Shown here piece by piece: positions 1 through 7,537 of a stretch of 64,000 nucleotides of DNA; position 1 is the first letter of the stretch, and each line of letters starts with the position of its first letter. The notes beneath the pieces are model-generated. The model searched no databases and was not told the DNA's origin. It saw only the letters and a list, made by a program, of their open reading frames with translations. Position numbers and translations under genes: made by a program. Source of the stretch: an uncultured Gammaproteobacteria bacterium (lineage in GTDB: Bacteria > Patescibacteriota > Patescibacteriia > UBA2591 > UBA6264); the NCBI GenBank assembly GCA_964596735.1, contig CAZQVF010000005.1, positions 13,328 to 77,327 on the forward strand, read 5' to 3'.

Positions 1-66
1 AGCCAATCAACTTTGTTTTTTCCTTATTTTATGTTATACTTTTATAAGGAAAAAATAATTATTTAT

Positions 67-148
67 AAGAACCTTCTCGCTCTGCTCGCAGAACCTTGAA
101 ATTAAATTATTATTGTATAAAAATTAAGGTAATTTGATTATAAAACTT
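67..148 (+). promoter_or_regulatory. Copy of the dispersed promoter cassette, upstream of aspS: AAGAACC-N15-CAGAACC, TTGAAA, TGTATAAA, then ATTATAAAA 4 nt before the ATG
   Basis: Near-identical sequence recurs at 12459-12530(-), 15163-15213(-), 17267-17422(+, two copies), 42865-42918(-) and 59041-59149(+). It has -35/-10-like hexamers and always points towards a downstream start codon. Confidence 0.55.
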
Positions 149-1549
149 ATGAAACGAATTCAAAGCGAAGAAACAATTAATAAAATTAAAAAAGAAGTTA
201 AGCTTTGTGGTTGGGTAAACAGCCGTCGCAACATGGGTAAAATTGTTTTTATTGATTTAAGAGACCGTTCTGGCTTAGTCCAGATTGTTTTTATTCCCCA
301 AGAACTTGATCAAGAATCGCAAAAAGCAGTTAAAGAAACTCGACCTGAATTTGTTGTTGAGGTTAAAGGGGTTGTCCGTCTAAGACCGAAAAATCAAATT
401 AACAAAGATTTAATAAGCGGAAAAATAGAAATCTTAGCTAAAAAATTATCTATTTTAAATCAAGCTAAGACTACGCCATTTGAAATTGACAATGAAACCC
501 TTAAAGCCAACGAAGAACTTCGTCTAAAATACCGTTATTTAGACTTGCGGCATGAACGCATGAAAAATAATCTAATTCTTCGTCATCAAGTTATCAAATT
601 TATCCGTGATTATTTAGATAAAGAAAAATTTTTAGAAATTGAAACACCAATTCTAACTAAAGGCACACCAGAAGGTGCTAGAGAATTTATTATTCCTTCT
701 CGACTTTATCCTGGAAAATTCTATGTTCTCCCTCAAGCCCCTCAACAATTTAAACAACTTTTAATGGTTGCTGGTGTTGAAAAATATTTCCAAATTGCTC
801 GTTGTTTTCGTGATGAAGACACGCGGGGTGATCGTCAACCAGAATTTACTCAATTAGACATTGAAATGAGTTTTGTTGATCAGCATGAGATAATGGATTT
901 AATTGAAAAATTAACTATTGCCCTGATTAAAAAGATAGCTCCAAAAAAGAGAATTTTAACTAAACCCTTTCCCAGGATTACTTATGAACAGGCAATAAAA
1001 AAATATAAAACTGATAAGCCTGATCTAAGAAAGAATAAAAAAGATCCTAATGAACTAGCCTTTTGCTTTATCACAGACTTTCCTCTTTTTCAGTATTCAA
1101 AAACAGAAAAGAAAAATATCTCTGTACACCACCCTTTTACTGCCCCTCAAAAAAAAGATATCCCTATTTTAAGCAAAAAACCCCTAAAAGTATTAGCCCA
1201 GCAATATGATTTTGTTTGTAATGGTTTTGAGTTAGGAGGAGGTTCAATTAGAATTCACCAAAGAGAAATCCAGGAAGAAATTTTTAAAATTCTAAAAATT
1301 AATGAACAAGAAACAGAAAGGCGCTTTGGACACCTCCTTAAAGCTTTTGAATATGGAGCCCCTCCTCATGGCGGCATTGCTCTTGGCTTAGACAGAATAA
1401 TTATGATCCTTGCCAATGAGCCTAATATTCGCGAAGTTATCCCTTTTGCTAAAACAGCTGACGCCAAAGACTTAATGATGGGAGCACCAAGTGAAATTCC
1501 AGAAGAACAATTAAAACAAGCTCATATTGAAATCAAAAAGAAAAAATGA
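149..1549 (+). CDS. aspS: Aspartyl-tRNA synthetase, class IIb, short (archaeal/eukaryal-like, possibly non-discriminating)
   Basis: N-terminal OB anticodon-binding fold, class II motifs FRDED...GAPPHGGIALGLDRIIMIL and FELGGGSIRIH. The ORF track starts at TTG 134; I prefer ATG 149 (MKRIQSEE...) because the codons before it belong to the conserved promoter cassette. Confidence 0.85.
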   Translation: MKRIQSEETINKIKKEVKLCGWVNSRRNMGKIVFIDLRDRSGLVQIVFIPQELDQESQKAVKETRPEFVVEVKGVVRLRPKNQINKDLISGKIEILAKKLSILNQAKTTPFEIDNETLKANEELRLKYRYLDLRHERMKNNLILRHQVIKFIRDYLDKEKFLEIETPILTKGTPEGAREFIIPSRLYPGKFYVLPQAPQQFKQLLMVAGVEKYFQIARCFRDEDTRGDRQPEFTQLDIEMSFVDQHEIMDLIEKLTIALIKKIAPKKRILTKPFPRITYEQAIKKYKTDKPDLRKNKKDPNELAFCFITDFPLFQYSKTEKKNISVHHPFTAPQKKDIPILSKKPLKVLAQQYDFVCNGFELGGGSIRIHQREIQEEIFKILKINEQETERRFGHLLKAFEYGAPPHGGIALGLDRIIMILANEPNIREVIPFAKTADAKDLMMGAPSEIPEEQLKQAHIEIKKKK

Positions 1550-2442
1550 GATTCTTTAGATTAGCTTTACAAAACTTTTTTAGAAATTTTTGGCTTTCTC
1601 TAACCAGTATTATTATCATACTCTTAATGCTGTTTTCCCTAAGCCTAGTTTATAGTTTTAACACCCTGGGCCAGCAAATATTAAGCTCTTTTAAAAATAA
1701 AATGGATTTGGGTGTGTATTTAAACCAAAACATTGATTTAAATCAATTAAGCCTTTTAAGGTCTGAGTTGGAGAATATGGATGAAATAAAAGAGGTATAT
1801 TATCTTACCCCTGAAGAATCTTTAGAAAATTTTAAAGAAAAACATGTAAATGATCCTTTAATTTTGAAATCATTAAAAGAACTGAATGAAAATCCCTTAG
1901 GAGGAGCTTTAACTTTAAAATTTTATGATCCTTCGGGTTATGAAAAAGTTATTTCAGTTATTAATCGTCCTGTTTATAGCGCTTTAATCCGAGATCAAAA
2001 TTTTTATGATTATCAAGAATTAATTCATGTTTTTAATCAATTTAATCAAAAAATTACAGGAGCAGGCTTAAGTATCAGTGGAATTTTTGCTTTAATTACT
2101 ATTTTGGTAATTTTCACCACTATTAAACTAGGGGCTCTTTCTCGTCGTCGAGAAATTAAAATTATGAGACTAGTTGGAGCTTCGGCCTGGTCTATTCGTA
2201 CTCCATTTTTAATTGAAGGTGGTCTATATGCATTTATTGCCTGGATCATAAACTCCGCTCTCATTATTCCTTTGGTCTATTTTTCTCAACCATATTTACA
2301 AAAATTTATTGAACTAGATTTTAATTTATTTATTTACCTGAAAACTGGCGCTTTTCATTTTTGGTTTGGCCTTTTACTCTTTGCTTTAATTGTTTCTCTA
2401 ATCGGTAGCAGTCTGGCAATTAAAAAATATTTAAAATTTTAA
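1546..2442 (+). CDS. ftsX: FtsX-like cell-division permease (N-terminal TM, extracellular domain, 3 C-terminal TM helices)
   Basis: About 300 aa, topology and C-terminal FtsX-like helices (RLVGASAWSIRTPFLIEG). No ftsE is adjacent. Confidence 0.55.
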   Translation: MRFFRLALQNFFRNFWLSLTSIIIILLMLFSLSLVYSFNTLGQQILSSFKNKMDLGVYLNQNIDLNQLSLLRSELENMDEIKEVYYLTPEESLENFKEKHVNDPLILKSLKELNENPLGGALTLKFYDPSGYEKVISVINRPVYSALIRDQNFYDYQELIHVFNQFNQKITGAGLSISGIFALITILVIFTTIKLGALSRRREIKIMRLVGASAWSIRTPFLIEGGLYAFIAWIINSALIIPLVYFSQPYLQKFIELDFNLFIYLKTGAFHFWFGLLLFALIVSLIGSSLAIKKYLKF

Positions 2443-2457
2443 TACTCTTTCTTTTTC

Positions 2458-3468
2458 ATGAAGTTAAAAGAGTTTAATTATTCTCTTCCTCAAGAATTGA
2501 TTGCCCAGAAACCTATTCGACCTCGAGATCATTCAAGATTAATGGTTTTAAATAGAAAGAATCATACTATTATTCATGATTCTTTTTATAATCTAGATAA
2601 ATACTTAAAACCAAATGATGTTTTGGTTGCTAATAATTCAAAGGTTATACCCGCTCGCTTGTTTGGGCAGAAAACAACTGGGGGAAAAACAGAAATTCTC
2701 CTTTTAAGACCCCTAAAGAATAATCTATGGGAAATCGTTCTCAGGGGAAAGGGCCAACAAAATAAAGAAATTAAATTCAGCAAAAAGCTCTTTGGTATTT
2801 TAAAGCAACAAATCTCAGACCAGACATGGGAAATAGAGTTTAATTTAACCAATAATGCCCTACTCAAACAAATATATAAATTAGGTCACACTCCAACTCC
2901 CCCGTATATTAAACGTGCTTCCAGCTTACAAGAATATCAGACAACATATGCTCAGACTCCTGGTTCAGCGGCAGCGCCAACGGCTGGATTTCACTTTACA
3001 AAAAAATTAATTAAAAAATTAAAAAAACAAGGAAATGAATTTGAATTTATTACCCTCCATGTTGGTTTAGGAACTTTTCAGCCAGTAAGAACAGAAAACA
3101 TTGAAGAACATCAAATACATGCCGAGTGGGGAGAAATAACAAAGCAAACCGCAGAAAAATTAAATCAAGCAAAAGAAAACAAACAAAGAATTATTGCTAT
3201 TGGGACAACAACAACAAGAATTTTAGAGGCATTTACTCTTGAAAAAAAAGTAATTTCAGGAGAAAAATGGATCAATACCTTTATTTATCCTGGCTATGAG
3301 TTTAAATTCATCAACGGCTTAATTACTAATTTTCACCTCCCTCAATCAAGTCTTTTAATGTTGGTTTGTGCTTTTGCTGAAAAAAACTTTATTTTTCAAG
3401 CTTATGAGCAAGCCATAAAAGAAAAATACAGATTTTATTCTTTTGGTGATGCAATGTTAATTATCTAA
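2458..3468 (+). CDS. queA: S-adenosylmethionine:tRNA ribosyltransferase-isomerase
   Basis: N-terminus MKLKEFNYSLPQELIAQKPIRPRDHSRLMVL is the QueA signature; length 336 aa. Confidence 0.85.
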   Translation: MKLKEFNYSLPQELIAQKPIRPRDHSRLMVLNRKNHTIIHDSFYNLDKYLKPNDVLVANNSKVIPARLFGQKTTGGKTEILLLRPLKNNLWEIVLRGKGQQNKEIKFSKKLFGILKQQISDQTWEIEFNLTNNALLKQIYKLGHTPTPPYIKRASSLQEYQTTYAQTPGSAAAPTAGFHFTKKLIKKLKKQGNEFEFITLHVGLGTFQPVRTENIEEHQIHAEWGEITKQTAEKLNQAKENKQRIIAIGTTTTRILEAFTLEKKVISGEKWINTFIYPGYEFKFINGLITNFHLPQSSLLMLVCAFAEKNFIFQAYEQAIKEKYRFYSFGDAMLII

Positions 3469-3510
3469 AACTTGATTTTTTTAAAAATTCTCCTATAATA
3501 AACTTAATTT

Positions 3511-3582
3511 GGCCAGGTAGCCAAGTAGTAAGGCAGGTGTCTGCAAAACACCTATACACGGGTGCAATTCCCGTCCTGGCCT
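3511..3582 (+). tRNA. tRNA-Cys (anticodon GCA)
   Basis: Manual cloverleaf: acceptor GGCCAGG/CCTGGCC, anticodon stem GGTGT/ACACC, loop CTGCAAA with U33 and A37, T-stem ACGGG/CCCGT. T-loop is TGCAATT (G at position 55). No encoded CCA. Confidence 0.8.
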
Positions 3583-3619
3583 TTTTTGTTTTTCTTTTAA
3601 TCTCTGGTATAATAAAAAC

Positions 3620-4549
3620 ATGAAAAAAAATCCAAAACTTATTCTTATTGATGCCCAGGCCGTACTTCATCGCGCTTGGCACGCTTTACCTCAACTAACT
3701 GATTCTCAAGGCAGGACAACCAATGCTGTTTATGGTTTTACAGCTCTTTTATTAAAACTTATTAATGAACAAAAACCTGATTATCTGGCAATTGCTTTTG
3801 ATACTAAGGCTCCTACTTTTCGTCATGAAAAATATGAGGCGTACAAGGCAGGAAGAGAAAAACAACCTCAGAATTTTTATGATCAAATCGACTTTACCAA
3901 GGACATTATTAAACCATTTGATATTCCTGTTTTTGAAAAAGACGGTTTTGAGGCCGATGACCTAATTGGAGCAATTGTGAGAGCACAGAAAAAAAATATC
4001 CCCAATCTTGAATGTTTAATTGTTACTGGTGATTTGGATTTGTGTCAATTAATTGACACAAAAACCTCAGTTTATTTTCTTAGACATGGAATTTCCCAAA
4101 TAAAGATCTATGACCAAAAAGCTGTTAAGGAACGCTTTGATTTGTCGCCTCAACAATTAATTGATTTTAAAGCCTTGAGTGGGGATCCTTCAGATAATAT
4201 TAAGGGTGTTCCTGGTATTGGCCCAAAAACAGCTTTGAACTTAATTAAAAAATTCAAAAACATAGAGAAACTTTATCAACACCTGGAAGGATGTGTCAAA
4301 ACAAAGAAAAGGTGTTTAATTAAAGAATCATTAATGCACCTTCTTTTAAAAAACAAAAAACAAGTTTTTTTGGACAAAGAATTAGTAACTATTGTACAAA
4401 AAATTCCTGGATTAAATCTAAGAAAGCTAAAATGTTTAAAAGCTTTTGATCTAGAAAAAATTGCTCATATCTTCCAGGGATTTGGATTTAAAAGTTTAAT
4501 TAAAAGATTGGAAAAAAATGGTTTAGGCCAGCAAAATAAGCTTTTTTAA
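3620..4549 (+). CDS. Stand-alone 5'-3' exonuclease / flap endonuclease (Pol I N-terminal domain homologue)
   Basis: PIN-like N-domain (LILIDAQAVLHRAWHA...LAIAFD) and H3TH motif GDPSDNIKGVPGIGPKTA; 309 aa with no polymerase domain. Confidence 0.75.
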   Translation: MKKNPKLILIDAQAVLHRAWHALPQLTDSQGRTTNAVYGFTALLLKLINEQKPDYLAIAFDTKAPTFRHEKYEAYKAGREKQPQNFYDQIDFTKDIIKPFDIPVFEKDGFEADDLIGAIVRAQKKNIPNLECLIVTGDLDLCQLIDTKTSVYFLRHGISQIKIYDQKAVKERFDLSPQQLIDFKALSGDPSDNIKGVPGIGPKTALNLIKKFKNIEKLYQHLEGCVKTKKRCLIKESLMHLLLKNKKQVFLDKELVTIVQKIPGLNLRKLKCLKAFDLEKIAHIFQGFGFKSLIKRLEKNGLGQQNKLF

Positions 4550-4551
4550 TT

Positions 4552-5556
4552 ATGATTGGATTTTTCTATGGCTCAGACACTTATCGTTCAAAACAAAAGT
4601 TAATGAGCTTAAAAAAAGAATTTATTCGTCGAAAAGACCAAAAGGGCCTTAATGTTTCAACTATTGAAGGGGCTAACCTAACCTTAGACGAACTAAGAAA
4701 AGTCTTTTTAAGTACTGGTCTTTTTGCTCAAAAAAGATTACTAATTATCAAGGGCCTTTTATCTCAACGTTTTTTAAAAAAAAATTTAGAAGAAAAAGAA
4801 GAATTATTTAAAGAAATAATAAAAATCATTAAAAAAACGCGGCAAAGTCAGGATAACTCTCTTATTTTCTGGGACGAAGAGATTAAAGAAAAACAGTTAA
4901 ATCCCCTTCAAAAACGCATTTATCAACTGTTAAAAAAAGAAAAATATGCTGAAGAATTTAAATTATTAACAGGACTTGCTTTAAAAAATTGGATAAAAAA
5001 ACAAGCCGCTCAAGAAAATATTCAGATTGAAAACCAGGTTATTGATCTACTTATTAAAACTAATAGAGATAATCTCTGGCTTTTAAAAAATGAACTTGAT
5101 AAATTAATTGCCTGGCAGTTGTTGTCAAAAAAAGCTCAAAAAATTTGTTTGTCTGATGCCCAAAGTCTTGCTCCACCTGAAATTGAACAAGACATATGGC
5201 GTTTAATTGATGCCTTAGGGCACCGAGATAAATTAAAAGCTCTCAAAATTTTGTCTGATCAGTTTAAAAATGGAGTTGAAACCTCTAAAATCATTACTCT
5301 TTTAGCACATCAATATCGTACTATTCTAAGAATAAAATCCTACCTGCAAACTCACCCCGTTATTAATCAATATCAAATAGCAAAAACACTCTCTCTTCAT
5401 CCTTTTGTCTGTAAAAAGGGATTGATTCAAGAAAAAAATTATACATTAGAGGAATTAAAAAAAATCTATCAACAATTATTAAAGATAGACTTTTTAAGAA
5501 AAACTCGGAAAATCGATTCCGAGATGTTATTAGATTTGCTAATTATTAAATCCTAA
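4552..5556 (+). CDS. holA: DNA polymerase III delta subunit (probable)
   Basis: 334 aa with HolA-like N-terminus (FFYGSDTY) and an all-helical C-terminal half. Weak similarity. Confidence 0.5.
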   Translation: MIGFFYGSDTYRSKQKLMSLKKEFIRRKDQKGLNVSTIEGANLTLDELRKVFLSTGLFAQKRLLIIKGLLSQRFLKKNLEEKEELFKEIIKIIKKTRQSQDNSLIFWDEEIKEKQLNPLQKRIYQLLKKEKYAEEFKLLTGLALKNWIKKQAAQENIQIENQVIDLLIKTNRDNLWLLKNELDKLIAWQLLSKKAQKICLSDAQSLAPPEIEQDIWRLIDALGHRDKLKALKILSDQFKNGVETSKIITLLAHQYRTILRIKSYLQTHPVINQYQIAKTLSLHPFVCKKGLIQEKNYTLEELKKIYQQLLKIDFLRKTRKIDSEMLLDLLIIKS

Positions 5557-5823
5557 TTATTTTGACAAACTGTTTATTTTTTTAACTAATCGCGACTTAC
5601 TCCGAGCCGCGGTATTTTTTTTCAAAACACCCTTTTGCACTGCTCGATCAAAAGATTTTTGTAATTTTGCATAAAGATCAACCGCCTCTTTCTTTTTCTT
5701 AGCGGCAATCGATTTTAAAAACTGTCGTTTTAACCAGCTAATATTTGCTTTGGTTTTTTTGTTACGTTCTGCACGTTTTTTTGACTGGCGAAGCGCCTTA
5801 ACTGCTGACTTTTTAATTGGCAT
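5557..5823 (-). CDS. rpsT: 30S ribosomal protein S20
   Basis: MPIKKSAVKALRQSKKRAERNKKTKANI is a typical S20 N-terminus; 88 aa. Confidence 0.85.
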   Translation of the reverse strand: MPIKKSAVKALRQSKKRAERNKKTKANISWLKRQFLKSIAAKKKKEAVDLYAKLQKSFDRAVQKGVLKKNTAARSKSRLVKKINSLSK

Positions 5824-5833
5824 GTTTAATAAT

Positions 5834-6112
5834 TTATAACGATCCTTCTTCTTCCTGTTTTAATAACTCTTCCTCTTGGGCGATTAGCTTGTCCCACTTA
5901 TTCCGACCATTAATCAAAATGTTTAGTCTTGCTTTAAAATCTTCATTAAATTCTCTAAGTAATTTAGAATTTTTTTGAAAAAGATTTAAAAGATCTTCCA
6001 ATGCCTGCTCTGGTAAAGCAGGCAAAAAAACCAGTAAATCATTTTGATCATTAGGTGAGATTTTATTAGAAGAAGTAATGACTTCTCGTAATTTTTCTAA
6101 TATTTTTGACAT
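5834..6112 (-). CDS. Hypothetical small acidic protein
   Basis: 92-aa ORF, no recognisable motif. Confidence 0.3.
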   Translation of the reverse strand: MSKILEKLREVITSSNKISPNDQNDLLVFLPALPEQALEDLLNLFQKNSKLLREFNEDFKARLNILINGRNKWDKLIAQEEELLKQEEEGSL

Positions 6113-6132
6113 CTCCCTTTTGACTATTTCTA

Positions 6133-6423
6133 TTAACCAATCTTTGGATGAAAAAATTTAACCCTTCTGTCTATAACTTGGGGAGTTTGCATGACTTGAT
6201 GCATTAAATCTCGGCTATTCTTAAAAATTTCATTTAAATCTGATTCCGGGTGAGACTCTAAAACCTGTAAATTCTGTTGATCTTTCTTGTTAAAAAATTC
6301 AGCTACTTCGGGAATTTCTGTTTTTTCTAAAATTTTTCTTTGAACTTCCGCAACTGCTCTTTCAATAGCCAATTCCACCTCTGATTTATCCACTCCTGGT
6401 TTAAACAATGACTCAAATGCCAT
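6133..6423 (-). CDS. Hypothetical small protein
   Basis: 96-aa ORF, no recognisable motif. A divergent promoter region lies between it and ruvA. Confidence 0.3.
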   Translation of the reverse strand: MAFESLFKPGVDKSEVELAIERAVAEVQRKILEKTEIPEVAEFFNKKDQQNLQVLESHPESDLNEIFKNSRDLMHQVMQTPQVIDRRVKFFHPKIG

Positions 6424-6521
6424 ATATTTTTACAAATCCCCTCCGACAAATTATTTATTGATAAAATTATAACTGATTTTAATCAACTTGTCAAGTGTGC
6501 ATAACCTGATAAAATAATACT

Positions 6522-7094
6522 ATGATTTACTCTATTCAGGGAAAAATAACCAATTTAAAGCCTGACTATGTTGTGGTTGAAACAAACGGGCTTTCTTATC
6601 AAATTTTTGTCACTGATTTTTTAATAGAGAAAATAAAAAAGGATCAAAAAATTAAACTACTAACCTATTTAGAGGTAAGGGAAACCGCCATGGAATTATA
6701 TGGATTTGAAGATGAGACTCACTTAGAATACTTTAAGTATCTGAGATCAATCTCTGGAATTGGACCAAAATCAGCAATGAATGTGCTTTCATTGGTTCGT
6801 TTGTCAGATTTAGAAAAAGCTATTCTTAATGAAAAGGTTGATATTTTAACCAAGGTCTCTGGAATTGGCAAAAAAACAGCCCAAAGGATTGTTCTAGAAC
6901 TTAAAGGAAAAATTGTTAAAACAAAGAAAGGATCATTAGAACAATCCGAAGATGATTCTTTATTAATTGATGCTTTAATTAGTATGGGCTATACCATTAT
7001 CCAGGCCCGAGAAACAATTAAAAAAATCCCATCAGAGATTCAAGGAACAAAAAAAAGGCTTAAACAAGCCTTAAAAATCCTTTCAGGAAGATAA
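6522..7094 (+). CDS. ruvA: Holliday junction DNA helicase subunit RuvA
   Basis: N-terminal OB fold (MIYSIQGKI...), two HhH motifs (ISGIGPKSAMNVL, VSGIGKKTAQRIVLEL) and a C-terminal RuvB-binding domain. Confidence 0.85.
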   Translation: MIYSIQGKITNLKPDYVVVETNGLSYQIFVTDFLIEKIKKDQKIKLLTYLEVRETAMELYGFEDETHLEYFKYLRSISGIGPKSAMNVLSLVRLSDLEKAILNEKVDILTKVSGIGKKTAQRIVLELKGKIVKTKKGSLEQSEDDSLLIDALISMGYTIIQARETIKKIPSEIQGTKKRLKQALKILSGR

Positions 7095-7097
7095 AAT

Positions 7098-7484
7098 TTA
7101 TTTCTTAACTTTTTTAACTGCTGTTGGTTTTTTAGTACTAACGGCTGATTTTTTTTCTAAACCAATTGATAAAATCTTAATTTCAGTATATGGCTGACGA
7201 TGTCCTTGTGTTCGATGATAACGAGTTTTTGGTTTATATTTAATTATTTTAACTTTTTTTGCCCTGTCTTGAGCCAAGACCTCTGCTTCAACTTGAATTT
7301 TAAGGTGTGGCTTGCCAATTTCAACTTTTCTTTTTTTGTCATCAAAACATAAAAGAACTTCTTTGAAGGAAATCTTTTTTCCAACCTTTTCTTCGAGTTT
7401 TTCAATACGAAGAATATCTCCTTTTTTTACTAGATATTGCTTGCCTCCTGTTTTAATTACGGCGAATAAACTCATAATAAACAA
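7098..7484 (-). CDS. rplU: 50S ribosomal protein L21
   Basis: FAVIKTGGKQYLVKKGD is the L21 signature. The true start may be the internal Met at 7475. Confidence 0.85.
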   Translation of the reverse strand: MFIMSLFAVIKTGGKQYLVKKGDILRIEKLEEKVGKKISFKEVLLCFDDKKRKVEIGKPHLKIQVEAEVLAQDRAKKVKIIKYKPKTRYHRTQGHRQPYTEIKILSIGLEKKSAVSTKKPTAVKKVKK

Positions 7485-7537
7485 ATTATTTGTATTAAAA
7501 ATATAGCAAATCCACTGCTATATGTCAAACCCTAAAA

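Noticed and set aside
2046-2867. Antisense ORFs inside ftsX and queA (2046-2264, 2586-2867), and similar antisense/alternate-frame ORFs throughout the track (e.g. 3765-3965, 7587-7898, 7995-8204, 8584-8811, 13992-14204, 21830-22033, 24150-24350, 28571-28792, 33800-34036, 36131-36337, 37070-37363, 38253-38441, 38769-38993, 44929-45340, 46054-46251, 49571-49753, 50907-51206, 55946-56149, 60038-60358, 62179-62442, 63328-63543)
   Set aside because: All are embedded in or opposite well-supported conserved genes, have low-complexity translations and no motifs.
5596-5633. CGCG...CGCG hairpin plus T8 run that could terminate holA
   Set aside because: Lies inside the convergent rpsT coding sequence (its Lys codons) and the stem is only 4 bp; not called.
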